NCBI GenBank assembly: GCA_963798485.1
Contig: CAWCTR010000008.1
Coordinates: 1-64,000 of the forward strand
Source: an uncultured delta proteobacterium
Lineage (GTDB): Bacteria; Desulfobacterota; Desulfomonilia; UBA1062
Length of the DNA: 64,000 nt
Reading direction: 5' to 3'
Each line of letters opens with the position of its first letter. Position 1 is the stretch's first letter. The position numbers were made by a program, and so were the translations under genes. This document shows positions 51,562 through 62,249 of this stretch, in pieces. The notes below the pieces were generated by a model. It worked only from the letters and a program-made list of their open reading frames with translations. It made no database searches and had not been told where the DNA came from.

Positions 51562-51656
51562 GGTAAAGCCCTCCTGAACCACGGTCTGAGAATATCATAT
51601 AGCCCCTGGTTTTCCTTCAATAGGGAGGCGCTCCGTGATGATCAAGGGTTCCGGGT

Positions 51657-51752
51657 TCAGGGCACTTGGAAGAAAGGCCTCACCCATGAGTCGAGCCTGT
51701 GTATGCCGGCTGCCCGGGCAGCCTCGAGGGCCTCCTCGTACTCAGCATGGGT
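51657..51752 (-). pseudogene. C-terminal remnant resembling a PflX-like radical SAM gene
   Basis: THAEYEEALEAARAAGIHRLD resembles the PflX tail; no N-terminal part upstream. Confidence 0.45.
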
Positions 51753-51903
51753 AGTAGCATGATGGTAAAAAAGAAAGTACACTTTTCATGGCATTTGTCC
51801 CTCGTTTATTTTATACTTGTATTTATTACGAATGCAATATTTCTTATTGAGATGTGATATCTTAAGGATTGAGAAAGTCCTTAAAGATAATGTGGAGTTT
51901 GGC

Positions 51904-52218
51904 ATGAAGACAAGCAAGATCATAATGAGTCTGGTTATCATGATAAGTTTCGGACTATTCTCTGCTCATGACGCTTTTGCTGCCCATAAGCATTTATTAA
52001 ACAGTCACCGTGAGAGAATGGAATTTGCAATAGGTCTTTTGGTAACGGATATACTGATCGGTGTATATTTATATATGGCCGATTCAAAGGTCTCAAATCA
52101 TCAGTTTGAACGAGAACAATCCTTGCATTACAATAATTCATCAGGTTCGAATATCATTATGAACATATCTGAAGATCAGATTTCATCACCAGGGGAGTTT
52201 GTCATTCTTGAGTGGTGA
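51904..52218 (+). CDS. Hypothetical exported protein
   Basis: Signal peptide ending AFA plus one hydrophobic segment; AT-rich. Confidence 0.5.
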   Translation: MKTSKIIMSLVIMISFGLFSAHDAFAAHKHLLNSHRERMEFAIGLLVTDILIGVYLYMADSKVSNHQFEREQSLHYNNSSGSNIIMNISEDQISSPGEFVILEW

Positions 52219-52277
52219 AAAGGGGGTAAGAGTGACGTGGCAATCCGCATGATGACGAATTTTATACCTTCACGGGG

Positions 52278-52868
52278 CTAACCCTTGAAAGGTCCTTCAC
52301 AGACCGTTTCCGTGAGTTTTCGTCTATTGTTCGGTGATTCGCGCTCCTGAAGGTAGTCGGGCAGGCCTTCCTTGTTACCAGGCATGCCTATTGCTGCCAT
52401 GGCCTCAACCGTGAACCCGTCAGGGATGTTCAGGGAAGACCGGGCGAGATCGTAATCGAAACCCTGCATTCCGTGGACAATATAACCCCTGAGGTTCCCT
52501 TGCAGTGCCAGATTCTCCCATGCCGCACCGGCATCATAGGAGTGGGTTCGCGACGGCTGTCCGTTATCAAAGGTGTCTTTCGAAATGATGAGGATGAGTG
52601 CGGAAGAATTCTTGGCCCAAAGCTTGTTGGAATCGTTCAGCAGGTTGAAGAAGAGAGGCCAGTATCCTGTATTCCGTCTGGCATACAGGATGCGCCATGG
52701 CTGGTTGTTGTTGGATGACGGCGCCCATCTTGCCGCTTCAAACAGGGACATAAGCCCTGTTTCGGGGATTTCCTCGCCCGACATGGCGCGCGGCGACCAG
52801 CGATCAAGAAAGATAGTATCAATCGGGTGATCGGCTTTCCGTATCTCGCTTCCTTTGATCATGGGCAT
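52278..52868 (-). CDS. Nitroreductase
   Basis: RWSPR, WAPSSNNNQPW, HGMQGFD. Confidence 0.92.
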   Translation of the reverse strand: MPMIKGSEIRKADHPIDTIFLDRWSPRAMSGEEIPETGLMSLFEAARWAPSSNNNQPWRILYARRNTGYWPLFFNLLNDSNKLWAKNSSALILIISKDTFDNGQPSRTHSYDAGAAWENLALQGNLRGYIVHGMQGFDYDLARSSLNIPDGFTVEAMAAIGMPGNKEGLPDYLQERESPNNRRKLTETVCEGPFKG

Positions 52869-52895
52869 GGTCGAATCCTCCTCCCAATTGCAAGA

Positions 52896-53477
52896 TTATT
52901 TCTTCTCCGGCTTTACACCTCTCAACCCTTCTATCATCAAGTTCAGCAGTCGAATCTGTTCCTTCTGCATGTCGATCAACTCTTCCCACTGATGCTCCCG
53001 CAATGCATCCAGCTTCTGATGCAAGGCCATAATCTCGAGCTCAGCCTTCAGGTTTACCTCGTAATCATGGGTTGCATCGAGCCTGTCCTTCTGTGTCTGG
53101 CGGTTTTGACTCATCATGATTATCGGCGCCTGAATCCCGGCCATCATGGACAACACCAGATTCAGGAGTATGTAGGGAAAAGGATCGAAGACATGCCTAT
53201 TCAATTGGATCAGCAAATAAGAATTGATGACTATCCAGACGGCCATTACAGCAAAGAAAATACCAATGAACGTCCACGATCCTCCAAAAGAGGCAACCAG
53301 ATCGGCGGTTCTTTGTCCGAATGTGTAGTGCTCTTCGTGCTCTTCTATGACATTCCTGCTTATATGCTCGTTTCGAGCCATGTGGTGTAAGACATGTTGC
53401 TGCGGGGAGGGAAGGTCGTCAAAGTCCTTGTTCAACAACCTCTGCGACAATTCATGCACATCTCGTTTCATGATCAC
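52896..53477 (-). CDS. DUF1003 membrane protein
   Basis: FGGSWTFI, FDPFPYILLNL, QAPIIMMSQNRQ. Confidence 0.9.
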   Translation of the reverse strand: MIMKRDVHELSQRLLNKDFDDLPSPQQHVLHHMARNEHISRNVIEEHEEHYTFGQRTADLVASFGGSWTFIGIFFAVMAVWIVINSYLLIQLNRHVFDPFPYILLNLVLSMMAGIQAPIIMMSQNRQTQKDRLDATHDYEVNLKAELEIMALHQKLDALREHQWEELIDMQKEQIRLLNLMIEGLRGVKPEKK

Positions 53478-53492
53478 ATTATCCTTCTGAAT

Positions 53493-55925
53493 TTAATTCG
53501 GCTTCTTTTTATAGGTATTGCGGGGCCCGCCGCTGTTACCCTTGCTGCCGGAACCCTCCGGCAGGCGGTGCGCCTGGAAGGTCTCTGCACGTTGTTGCCC
53601 TATGTTGCGCGCTGTTCGCTCCTGTTCCAGGCGCGGCGTCACCCGGCCCTGTTCCTGCCCCTGAGCCGCTCTGGGGGCGCTAACGTGCTGCCAGGCTCCG
53701 GTCTGGCCTTGATGGAGGTAGACATTTCCTTCGTGTGTTGCATAGGCGTTGTTTCCCTCGGTTTCGCTCGGTTTTTCCCTGGAGGGTATGATTACCCGGG
53801 CAGGTGGGAGTTTCCCCTCGGTCAGGGCACCTTCAATCTTTTTTCCACCCTTCCCGATTACCTGCCTGGATTGTGGCGTTGCCATGCCGGCAGGCGACGG
53901 CCTGTTGTAAGCGGTTTTATTTCCTGATGGGAGTATCCCTCGAGATGGTGCGGCAAGATTGACGTTCGTACCTGAAGGATTTTTCATGCTGTACACGTTT
54001 CTTTCAGCATTACGGTGTCCTGTGATAAGCGTTCCGGTTGTGGAGTTATAGGCCATGCCGTATCTCGTGGATGAGCCACTGCCGGTGATGGGTCGATATT
54101 CGGCGGCAGGCCTTGACACCTTAGCATCTTTCCCCCACAGGCGGTATATATTGCTCGTTGTGCGTGCCCATCCGTCGGGGCCCCATGCCCTGATACGGGA
54201 TTGAGGGTGATGGCGCCAACCCCAATAGGGTCCCCACCAAGGCGCAGGCGGGTAATACCAGTATGGTCCCGAACCCCAAAACCACCCGAAGCCGAAGCTG
54301 AAACTCCAGCCCCCCCACGGGGTCCAGCTTATATCGGCCCCGTTGCAATATGTAACAGGGGGGCCATACCAGTACCTGCCGATCCAGGGCTGGTAATGAT
54401 AGCCCGTACCGTAGACCACAACATAATCAGGGCTTACCATACATCCATAATAACCAGGGGTGTAGCCGCTGTACACATAGTCAGGATCGGCATTGTAAAT
54501 CCGCACATACGTGACGAAGTGAAGGGGGGAGCCAGGTGGGATGGAATATATCACTCCCGGCACATGATCCGCCACCACCCAAGGACCGTCCAGTGAGTTT
54601 GCAAAAAACCAGACACCGTTTTCGCACGCATACCACGACCGTTCATTTTGCTTGATGATGGGGGTAGGGCTGTTGACTACATAGAAAAGCGGGGTTCCCT
54701 CGATTGGGGAAATTTGGGCCACGCCGTCTATCTGGGGTATGAAGGCGGCCTCTTTTCGGTCTATCTTTGCGGTCTGGGGAATGGAATTGGCAATAAGGGC
54801 CTCTTCTGCCTGGTCCGTTCCGGGTACTGACGCCTTCACATTCTCTTGCGGGCTCTCATCAGGAATACCGGCGAAGTCAGCAGGCAGGTGTTTACCGGGA
54901 ACATATTCCCATGGACCATTGAATGATACCGCCTTGAACCAGCGCCCACAGAGGAGGACATAGGTCTTCTGATCACCAAGATACTTGAACACATGTGCGC
55001 TCGTATTCTTCACATAGAGGAGTTTTGTCCCTTGTATGGGCACATAATTCGGTACACCGTCGGTCACGATGAGCTCTGCGGGTGTTGTAGAGACAAATAC
55101 AAGGGGCCCGACCTCTTCAAGGGTCGGATACTTGTTGGTTTGAGGATCGGCTTGACCTTCGAGCAGGTCTATCTGTTCCAGGCTGCGGGCCTCATTCATG
55201 GCTACAGAGATGTCCCTGGGTAGTTTTCTCGCAATAGTCCAGGGTCCATTCAGGCTCTGCGCCTCCATGAAGCCATTGAAAAGGTGGAAATAGTATTTCG
55301 CAGCCTTATCCTTGAGGAGGAGCACACGGGTATTTATGAGGCGCATGAGGGAACTGCCCTTGACAGGCATATAGCGGGGCTCGCCGTCGATGAACACCAG
55401 AACAGATGGCCGCTGTGAGAAGATGATGCGAGGGGGGGTGTTGTTAAGGGGTAGGGTTTTAACCTTTTTTTGTTCCTTGGTGACAGCCAGGCTCGCTTCC
55501 AGCCGGTCGAGGGACATGTTCTTCATCTGTGGCGGCCATGCCTGGCGCAATTCCGCGAGGATGGATGACTCTCTTGCCGGGTCGGATGGAAACTGTACGC
55601 TGGTAATGGCAAGGTCATTGAAATAAACCATGCGGTCGTTCTTGTCCACGATGGTATGTGCGGTGAGATAGGCCACTCCATAAAGGGATTGCTGCTTGCC
55701 GGGATTTCTCACGGCAAAGGCTGCATATGCCTTGAGCGTGAATCCGTCCCACGAGTCGAGTTGCGGCTGGAAAACCGTGTTCATGGTTCCGTCTGAGGCC
55801 TGGAATACCCTCGGCCAGCCATGATCCATGGGTTTTTCATCCTGTGCGGAAGACCTGGTTGATGGCAGGACGAGAGTAAGGATCATAACAGCCATGACGA
55901 ATGCTCGTCTTATATATATATCCAT
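53493..55925 (-). CDS. Large secreted protein with W/Y/G-rich segment and disordered tail
   Basis: GGAG RBS, signal peptide, three ..GPW repeats, aromatic low-complexity block. Confidence 0.7.
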   Translation of the reverse strand: MDIYIRRAFVMAVMILTLVLPSTRSSAQDEKPMDHGWPRVFQASDGTMNTVFQPQLDSWDGFTLKAYAAFAVRNPGKQQSLYGVAYLTAHTIVDKNDRMVYFNDLAITSVQFPSDPARESSILAELRQAWPPQMKNMSLDRLEASLAVTKEQKKVKTLPLNNTPPRIIFSQRPSVLVFIDGEPRYMPVKGSSLMRLINTRVLLLKDKAAKYYFHLFNGFMEAQSLNGPWTIARKLPRDISVAMNEARSLEQIDLLEGQADPQTNKYPTLEEVGPLVFVSTTPAELIVTDGVPNYVPIQGTKLLYVKNTSAHVFKYLGDQKTYVLLCGRWFKAVSFNGPWEYVPGKHLPADFAGIPDESPQENVKASVPGTDQAEEALIANSIPQTAKIDRKEAAFIPQIDGVAQISPIEGTPLFYVVNSPTPIIKQNERSWYACENGVWFFANSLDGPWVVADHVPGVIYSIPPGSPLHFVTYVRIYNADPDYVYSGYTPGYYGCMVSPDYVVVYGTGYHYQPWIGRYWYGPPVTYCNGADISWTPWGGWSFSFGFGWFWGSGPYWYYPPAPWWGPYWGWRHHPQSRIRAWGPDGWARTTSNIYRLWGKDAKVSRPAAEYRPITGSGSSTRYGMAYNSTTGTLITGHRNAERNVYSMKNPSGTNVNLAAPSRGILPSGNKTAYNRPSPAGMATPQSRQVIGKGGKKIEGALTEGKLPPARVIIPSREKPSETEGNNAYATHEGNVYLHQGQTGAWQHVSAPRAAQGQEQGRVTPRLEQERTARNIGQQRAETFQAHRLPEGSGSKGNSGGPRNTYKKKPN

Positions 55926-55996
55926 ACAGGAGACCTCCTTAGTTTCAGGACATTTATAATGGCTCATCGATGTGTCTTGGCCGGCACATGCCGGTG

Positions 55997-56668
55997 TTAC
56001 TCCAGCCAGCCTTTGTCCTGCCAATACCGATATTCCCAGTCCCAGCGGTCTTTGCGCTTGATCATGATGTCCCGGAAATACCCGCGCATCCCTGCAATTG
56101 TCTGGAGCTGATCGGGGAATCGGCGTTTCTCTGCGATGGCCCTGACCAGATCCCGGCCCAGTTCGCCTGAGCGTTGCATGATATCCGATCCGGCCGCCAT
56201 GGGACCATCATCCAGGATACAGGCTATCTTTCCCACATCCTGCACCCCCAAACGGTTCAGGAGCGAGTGCAAGTAATCCGAGGTTTCAACCTGCCCGGAC
56301 CCCCCCGCCGTGGCCGCCACGGCGCCGTACTTGCCGAGCAGCCGCTGGCAGTGAATGGCATTCCCGAGCCGGTCGATGAAGGCCTTTAACTGGGCCGTGA
56401 CTTGGTAGATGTACACCGGGCTGCCGAGCACGATACCGTCGCTGGCGCACATCTTCTCGAACAGACCATTGAAATCGTCCTTCTGCACGCATACGCCCAG
56501 GTGATGGCACCGATCGCACCCGATGCAGCCGCCGATGGTCAGGGTGGTGATATCGATGTATTCCGTTTGCGCCCCGGCCGCCCCCGCCCCCGCAAGGATC
56601 TCTCCTACGATCTGTCCGGTACGGCTGAGACCCTTCCTGGGACTGCCGTTTACGGCTATGATTTTCAT
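55997..56668 (-). CDS. Iron-sulfur flavoprotein (FMN reductase family)
   Basis: NGSPRK, CIGCDRC..C, GSPVY. Confidence 0.88.
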   Translation of the reverse strand: MKIIAVNGSPRKGLSRTGQIVGEILAGAGAAGAQTEYIDITTLTIGGCIGCDRCHHLGVCVQKDDFNGLFEKMCASDGIVLGSPVYIYQVTAQLKAFIDRLGNAIHCQRLLGKYGAVAATAGGSGQVETSDYLHSLLNRLGVQDVGKIACILDDGPMAAGSDIMQRSGELGRDLVRAIAEKRRFPDQLQTIAGMRGYFRDIMIKRKDRWDWEYRYWQDKGWLE

Positions 56669-56987
56669 GCGTCTGCACCTCCGTTTCTTATGACTATGTA
56701 GCACTGAATCCCAATTACATCAAACAGGAGGTTGTCTTCCACCTCTATGAGTCCGTTTTCATAGCGTTCTCTGGCGAGCCGGCTTTCCCGCTCACCTGGC
56801 ACCATGCATGTCTTAAAAAGCCAAAAACAAGACCTAACATCCTCGCTTTCCAGGACATTATAAAAGAGTCGAGAGACACAAATTTGCATCTCGTATTGTT
56901 TACTCCAAAATTTTGTTTACTGTTTATATTAACAAGTGATAGCAGTCTTCCTGGATTGGTCATATGACTGCTGATGTGGGAGGGGGC

Positions 56988-57893
56988 ATGGTACCGGTAG
57001 TCATCTTTGAGCTTTTCCTCTGGTTTGTGTTCATCCTTGCAATCGTAGACGGATTCCACAGATTCGGATTCAAGAATGGCCTTATCTTCTTTATTCCCCT
57101 GATCATCTATGGCTGGATCCTGGAAGAATCGGCCATTGCCATTTTTCACCGCTATGCATATACGCAGGGATTTCTGATCAAATTCCTGGATGCACCGTTC
57201 TGTATTGCTGCAGGCTGGGCTGCAATCCTGTATTCCGGGATCGTCATCGCAGAAGGCTTGAGGTTGAGCAGATTCAAAGCAGCTCTCTTCGTAGCCCTTT
57301 GGGGGCTGAGCATCGACTTTTCCATGGATGCACTAGCCGTGCGTTTCGGTTACTGGACCTGGTTTCCCCCTGCTGATGTAAGACTTCCGTATTTTAATGT
57401 ACCTGTGTCGAATTTCATCGGCTGGTTCATTATTCTGTCCTGCTTCACCTACTTCCACTTAATGGGCAGGAATAAACGGTACCGGAAAATTCTTATGGGT
57501 TTCGATGCCATTCTCCCGTCTTTACCCCTGTTGCTCATCGCTATCTATGTCATGCTCGAAACCGAATATGAACGTGCATTCACCAACCTGTCCTGGTGGC
57601 ACATGGTCGTTATCTTCCCCTTACCGCTGATGACCTTCTTCACGGTGTGGATAATGAAGTTATCACACTCAGGCAGGCAGTATGATCGAACGGCCTTGCT
57701 TATTACGGAAAGTTTTCACCTGTTTTTCGTCGTCTCAGCACTGTATGTTTGGCTTGTCACCGGAATATGGACCTATGCTGTTGCAGCTGCTGTTGCCCTG
57801 CTGCCCGTGGTTGCTTTCACCATTCAAAGCATGATCCATGGGCGGTCAAGTGAGGGACAATTCGAACTTCAGACTAGTGAAGATGCATTCTAA
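56988..57893 (+). CDS. CruF/DUF422-like membrane protein
   Basis: DFSMDALAV..GYWTW..VPVSNFIGW. Confidence 0.7.
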   Translation: MVPVVIFELFLWFVFILAIVDGFHRFGFKNGLIFFIPLIIYGWILEESAIAIFHRYAYTQGFLIKFLDAPFCIAAGWAAILYSGIVIAEGLRLSRFKAALFVALWGLSIDFSMDALAVRFGYWTWFPPADVRLPYFNVPVSNFIGWFIILSCFTYFHLMGRNKRYRKILMGFDAILPSLPLLLIAIYVMLETEYERAFTNLSWWHMVVIFPLPLMTFFTVWIMKLSHSGRQYDRTALLITESFHLFFVVSALYVWLVTGIWTYAVAAAVALLPVVAFTIQSMIHGRSSEGQFELQTSEDAF

Positions 57894-57906
57894 AAGGAGA
57901 TCATGC

Positions 57907-58815
57907 ATGGAAGACCTCGGAAAACCTGACATTCCAGTCTGGATTGAAGACATGCTCCCTGCAGGGGTTCACCGCAAGGTCGTGGATGTCGGCGGGCAAC
58001 TCATGCATGTCATGGAGTGGGGTGAGGGAATGCCGGTGCTCATGCTCCATGGCAACCCCACCTGGGGCTTCCTATATCGTAAAATAGTACACCTCCTGAA
58101 AGATATGCCGGTGCATTGCATTGTCCCGGATATCATCGGTCTCGGCTTTTCCAGTAAGCCGCGATCATTTAAGGATCATAGCCTTATCAACCACGCCTCA
58201 TGGTTAGGTTCATTTGTAGAATCCGAGGGACTTGAAGGTATGATCCTCGTATGCCAGGACTGGGGAGGACCCATCGGGGTAAGGACCCTTGCAGACAGGC
58301 CCCATTTATTAAAAGGTTTGGTGGTCCTGAACACCGCACTCCGACCACCCCACCAAGGATTTCGACCCACATTGTTCCACCGATTCAGTAATCTTCCCTT
58401 CATAAGCGATTTTGTTTTCAGGCTCCTGGGTTTTCCGCAGAACGTCCTATATAAGACACAGGGAGATCAATCGTCAATTCAGGGCAAGGTTGCATGGGCC
58501 TACCGATATCCCCTTCGCCATATATCCGACCGAATTGCACCCCTGGCCCTTGCACGCATGGTGCCGTCATCTCTCACACACCCAAGCGTTAAGGGGCTTA
58601 AGGTATGTGAGGAATTCATCCGGACCTTCCATGGACCTGGCGCTATTGTATGGGGAGAGAAAGACCCTATCCTGGGCAGAGTGCTCCGCAAGACAATGGA
58701 AATCATGCCCGATGCATCAGTGCAGCGCACAAAGGCCGGCCACTTTATCCAGGAAGAGGAGCCTGATGCAATAGCCCAGGCAATAAGAGAGGTTTATGAA
58801 CACTGCAAAACATGA
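57907..58815 (+). CDS. Haloalkane dehalogenase-like alpha/beta hydrolase
   Basis: HGNPTW, GLGFS, QDWGG, GHFIQE. Confidence 0.88.
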   Translation: MEDLGKPDIPVWIEDMLPAGVHRKVVDVGGQLMHVMEWGEGMPVLMLHGNPTWGFLYRKIVHLLKDMPVHCIVPDIIGLGFSSKPRSFKDHSLINHASWLGSFVESEGLEGMILVCQDWGGPIGVRTLADRPHLLKGLVVLNTALRPPHQGFRPTLFHRFSNLPFISDFVFRLLGFPQNVLYKTQGDQSSIQGKVAWAYRYPLRHISDRIAPLALARMVPSSLTHPSVKGLKVCEEFIRTFHGPGAIVWGEKDPILGRVLRKTMEIMPDASVQRTKAGHFIQEEEPDAIAQAIREVYEHCKT

Positions 58816-58904
58816 TGGAAGAAGCTATTGATTTCTCTTACGACGACTTTATTTAAAAGCTATACTCTATGGCATTGAGCTTTCCTGGAATAAAGGGTGT
58901 GTTC

Positions 58905-59041
58905 ATGAAAAGAATACTTATAGGTATCTTGATGATATTGATTCCGTGAAAGGTCGTGGAATAATGCAGCCTGTTGCCCTGAAGCCCGACGAGATCAAGG
59001 CGGTGATTGAATACATGACACACACTTTTAAAAAACAATGA
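58905..59041 (+). pseudogene. Internally deleted class I cytochrome c
   Basis: Signal MKRILIGILMILIP joined out of frame to VKGRGIMQPVALKPDEIKAVIEYMTHTFKK; paralog of 63793-64000. Confidence 0.75.
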
Positions 59042-59087
59042 ATATCACCAAACATTGTGTTCAGGCAAAATCCGAAGGAGGAAAGAG

Positions 59088-60449
59088 ATGAAGAGAATGA
59101 TATTCAAGAACTTGATTATCGTTCCGGTTTTCTTCTGTGTGTTCCTGTTCTTATTATCACTCAATGCTTATGCAATACCGAGTTATGCACGCCAGACAGG
59201 TATGTCCTGCAGTGCCTGTCACACTTCTTTCCCTGAGCTGACGCCCTTCGGCAGGCTCTTCAAACTGGGCGGTTATACCCTGAGCACGAGCGATAAACCC
59301 TATGAATTTCCTCCTCCCTTGTCGGCCCAGGCCCAGTTTTCTTATACGAATACGGGGAAAGCCCAGCCTCCGGATACAGTGGAGAGAGATTGGGCAACGA
59401 GGATGTCTTCTCAACAGAATAACTTTCTTAATGTACCGCAGAGTTTGAGCCTGTTCTATGGCGGCAAGATCTATTCCGGCATAGGCGCCTTTATCCAGGG
59501 CACGTATGATGGCGTCGATGATAGAACCGCGCTTGACACGATGGACATCCGTTTTGCCCAGAGCGTGGCCTACGGTGAAAGGAACCTCATATATGGCATT
59601 ACCATCAACAACAATCCCACAGCCCAGGATGTCTGGAACAGCACTCCCGCCTTCGGCTACCCTTACTCCGGATCGAGCGTTGCCCCGACTCCGACCGCAG
59701 CTGCGATCATCGATGGTACTCTCGGGGGGCAAGTGAGCGGCATCGGAGCTTATCTCTTCTGGGACAATATGATCTATGGTGAGGTTTCCGTATACCACTC
59801 AAACGAGAGCGGCCCCGGTCAGATCTTCAAAGGGAATAACGTGATCGATACGGTACTGGACGGCGTTGCTCCTTACTGGCGGATAGCTATTGAACATCAA
59901 TGGGATAAGCATTGCGCATCCATAGGCACGTACGGGATGGTGTCAAAGATATTTCCTGGCGGCGTAGACAGCGGACCAAGCGATAGTTTCAGGGATTTTG
60001 CCGTGGATGCACAATATCAGTATATCGGCGTCGAGCATGTCTTTTCAGCCCAGACATCATGGATTCATGAGAATCAGGACTGGGGTGCGAGTTTTGATCA
60101 GGGGGACACTGCCAATAAGACCGACCACCTTAATACATACAAGCTGAATTTGAAATATTATCACCGGGGAAGTATGGGCGACATGGGGGGTACGCTGGCC
60201 TATTTCTCAACGTGCGGTGATAAGGATACAGGGCTGTATAACCCCGACGACACCCCAGGCATCAACGGCAAACCCGATAGCAGCGGTTTCATCTACGAAC
60301 TGAATTATGTTCCCTCGAAATGGAGTAAGATAACCCTTCAATATATTTCATATAACAAATTCGACGGCGCCCGTTCAAACTATGACGGATCGGGAAGGGA
60401 TGCCTCAGACAACAACACGTTTTATTTTCTTCTCTGGCTGATTATCTGA
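59088..60449 (+). CDS. cyc2: Cyc2-type monoheme cytochrome-porin fusion
   Basis: Signal AYA then IPSYARQTGMSCSACHTSFPELTPFGRLFKLGGY; remainder is amphipathic beta-strands ending FYFLLWLII; 453 aa. Confidence 0.88.
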   Translation: MKRMIFKNLIIVPVFFCVFLFLLSLNAYAIPSYARQTGMSCSACHTSFPELTPFGRLFKLGGYTLSTSDKPYEFPPPLSAQAQFSYTNTGKAQPPDTVERDWATRMSSQQNNFLNVPQSLSLFYGGKIYSGIGAFIQGTYDGVDDRTALDTMDIRFAQSVAYGERNLIYGITINNNPTAQDVWNSTPAFGYPYSGSSVAPTPTAAAIIDGTLGGQVSGIGAYLFWDNMIYGEVSVYHSNESGPGQIFKGNNVIDTVLDGVAPYWRIAIEHQWDKHCASIGTYGMVSKIFPGGVDSGPSDSFRDFAVDAQYQYIGVEHVFSAQTSWIHENQDWGASFDQGDTANKTDHLNTYKLNLKYYHRGSMGDMGGTLAYFSTCGDKDTGLYNPDDTPGINGKPDSSGFIYELNYVPSKWSKITLQYISYNKFDGARSNYDGSGRDASDNNTFYFLLWLII

Positions 60450-60771
60450 TTGTTTAGGTGACGAGACGGTTATTCGACTGTTGACTGTACAGACATGATC
60501 CCATAGTTTTGAAGGCCGCGATGGGGTGCTCTTATCTTCATCCTACCCTTTGTGCTGTTCTGGGTCATCAGTCATATTTTCCCCATTTTTGAACAAGAAA
60601 AGGCTCACTAAATCTGCAAGAGCCTTCTCTCACGGGAGACCCGCTGTCAGCAGAGGACGCTCAAAAAATTGAATGTAATGTTGTATTCTCTTCGAAATTA
60701 TTCTACAATGTGCACCATATTTGCATTTTTCCTTGAATAACGCCGATCCAACACTGCCCCGGGGAGATGAT

Positions 60772-61287
60772 ATGGAAGAAGGAAACAATGCATCCTGGCG
60801 TTGCTGTCTCATTGCATTCCTGACAGTGGTCTTTTTCTCTGCAAATATGTATGCGGAAGAACAGGATATACCGAAAAAGTTCTTCGTCACGCCGCCCCCG
60901 TTCAGTGCAGGCATCTATCCTTGCTCAATGTGCCACAAAGGCTTGCCCGCCAACACACAACCAAGAAAACTTCAGTTCCATGGTAACATCGTTCTGAAGC
61001 ATATGCCCGGCGGCTGGTGCTTCGAATGCCATAATCCGGACAACAGGGACAAATTACGGCTCGCGAACGGCAAATTGATCAGCTTTGAGGAATCATACAA
61101 TCTCTGCGGCCAGTGCCACGGAACGATACTGCGAGAATGGAAGGCCGGCCTGCACGGGAAGAGGACCGGCATGTGGAAAGGCGATAAGCAGTACTATCTT
61201 TGCGTAAGCTGCCATTCGCCGCATGAACCGCGGTTTAAGCCGATCAAACCGTCTCCACCGCCGGTGAGTCCGATGGAGATCAAGTAA
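60772..61287 (+). CDS. Periplasmic tetraheme cytochrome c
   Basis: Signal peptide; CSMCH, CFECH, CGQCH, CVSCH. Confidence 0.88.
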   Translation: MEEGNNASWRCCLIAFLTVVFFSANMYAEEQDIPKKFFVTPPPFSAGIYPCSMCHKGLPANTQPRKLQFHGNIVLKHMPGGWCFECHNPDNRDKLRLANGKLISFEESYNLCGQCHGTILREWKAGLHGKRTGMWKGDKQYYLCVSCHSPHEPRFKPIKPSPPPVSPMEIK

Positions 61288-61311
61288 TACATAACGAGGA
61301 CGAGAAGACCG

Positions 61312-62238
61312 ATGCAAAAAACCGTGAAGAAAATGGATGTAATTCATCTTGACCGCAGGACCTTTCTCAAGGGCGTGGCCCTCGGCCTGGCGGGGACAGC
61401 GCTCCCGCTGAACAAGGCCGATGCCTCGTTCTGGGAATCGTTTTTTCAGAAGCACTTTAAGGAAATGAATGATGCCGAGATCAAGCAGGTGCTCGGCCGT
61501 CTGGAGCGGGAATACGAAGAAAAATATAAAAAAGTGATCAAGGTTGGCAATCAGAAAGCGATGCCGGGAGTTATCTTCGGTTACGGGCTCGATCTTTCCC
61601 GATGCATCGGCTGCAGGAGATGCGTTTATGCCTGCGTTGAGGAGAACAATCAATCCAGGGACCCGCAGATCCACTGGATATCGGTCCTCAGATTCAAAAA
61701 AGGGGAAAAGTGGGTCGATCTTGTGGAATCGGAGAAGTATTACAACCCGGAAAAGGTGCCTGAAGAGGGATATTTTTATATGCCGGTCCAATGCCAGCAG
61801 TGCAAGAACCCGCCCTGTGTAAGGGTCTGTCCTACGCAGGCCACCTGGAAAGAGCCGGACGGGATCGTGGTCATCGATTATAACTGGTGCATTGGCTGTC
61901 GCTACTGCATGGCCGCCTGTCCCTATGGGGCGCGCCACTTTAATTGGACCGATCCGGGCCGCAAGTCAGGCGAGATCAATCCGCAGACGCATTATCTCGG
62001 GAACCGCCCGCGCTATAAAGGAGTGGTTGAGAAGTGCACCTTTTGTATCCAGCGGACGAGGAACGGACGCTACCCGGCGTGCGTTGAGGCCTGCCCCGTA
62101 GGCGCGCGCAAATTCGGGAACCTCCTTGATCCGAACAGCGAGATCAGGTACGCCATTGAGCACAAGCGGGTGTTCCGGTTGAAAGAGGACTTGAATACGT
62201 ATCCCACGTTCTATTATTTCTTTGCGTACGGCGTGTAG
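61312..62238 (+). CDS. Tat-exported 4x[4Fe-4S] protein (NrfC/DsrO/QrcC-like)
   Basis: DRRTFLKG; CIGCRRC, CQQC..PC..CP, CIGCRYC..CP, CTFC..PAC..CP. Confidence 0.92.
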   Translation: MQKTVKKMDVIHLDRRTFLKGVALGLAGTALPLNKADASFWESFFQKHFKEMNDAEIKQVLGRLEREYEEKYKKVIKVGNQKAMPGVIFGYGLDLSRCIGCRRCVYACVEENNQSRDPQIHWISVLRFKKGEKWVDLVESEKYYNPEKVPEEGYFYMPVQCQQCKNPPCVRVCPTQATWKEPDGIVVIDYNWCIGCRYCMAACPYGARHFNWTDPGRKSGEINPQTHYLGNRPRYKGVVEKCTFCIQRTRNGRYPACVEACPVGARKFGNLLDPNSEIRYAIEHKRVFRLKEDLNTYPTFYYFFAYGV

Positions 62239-62249
62239 GAGACCCACGT

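Noticed and set aside
56700-56810. LARERYENGL fragment resembling a TolC-family tail
   Set aside because: Too short to support a call
58947-58949. In-frame TGA as a selenocysteine codon, given that selC is present
   Set aside because: Homology continues in a different frame and TAA follows four codons later; I noticed no convincing Sec read-through gene in the window
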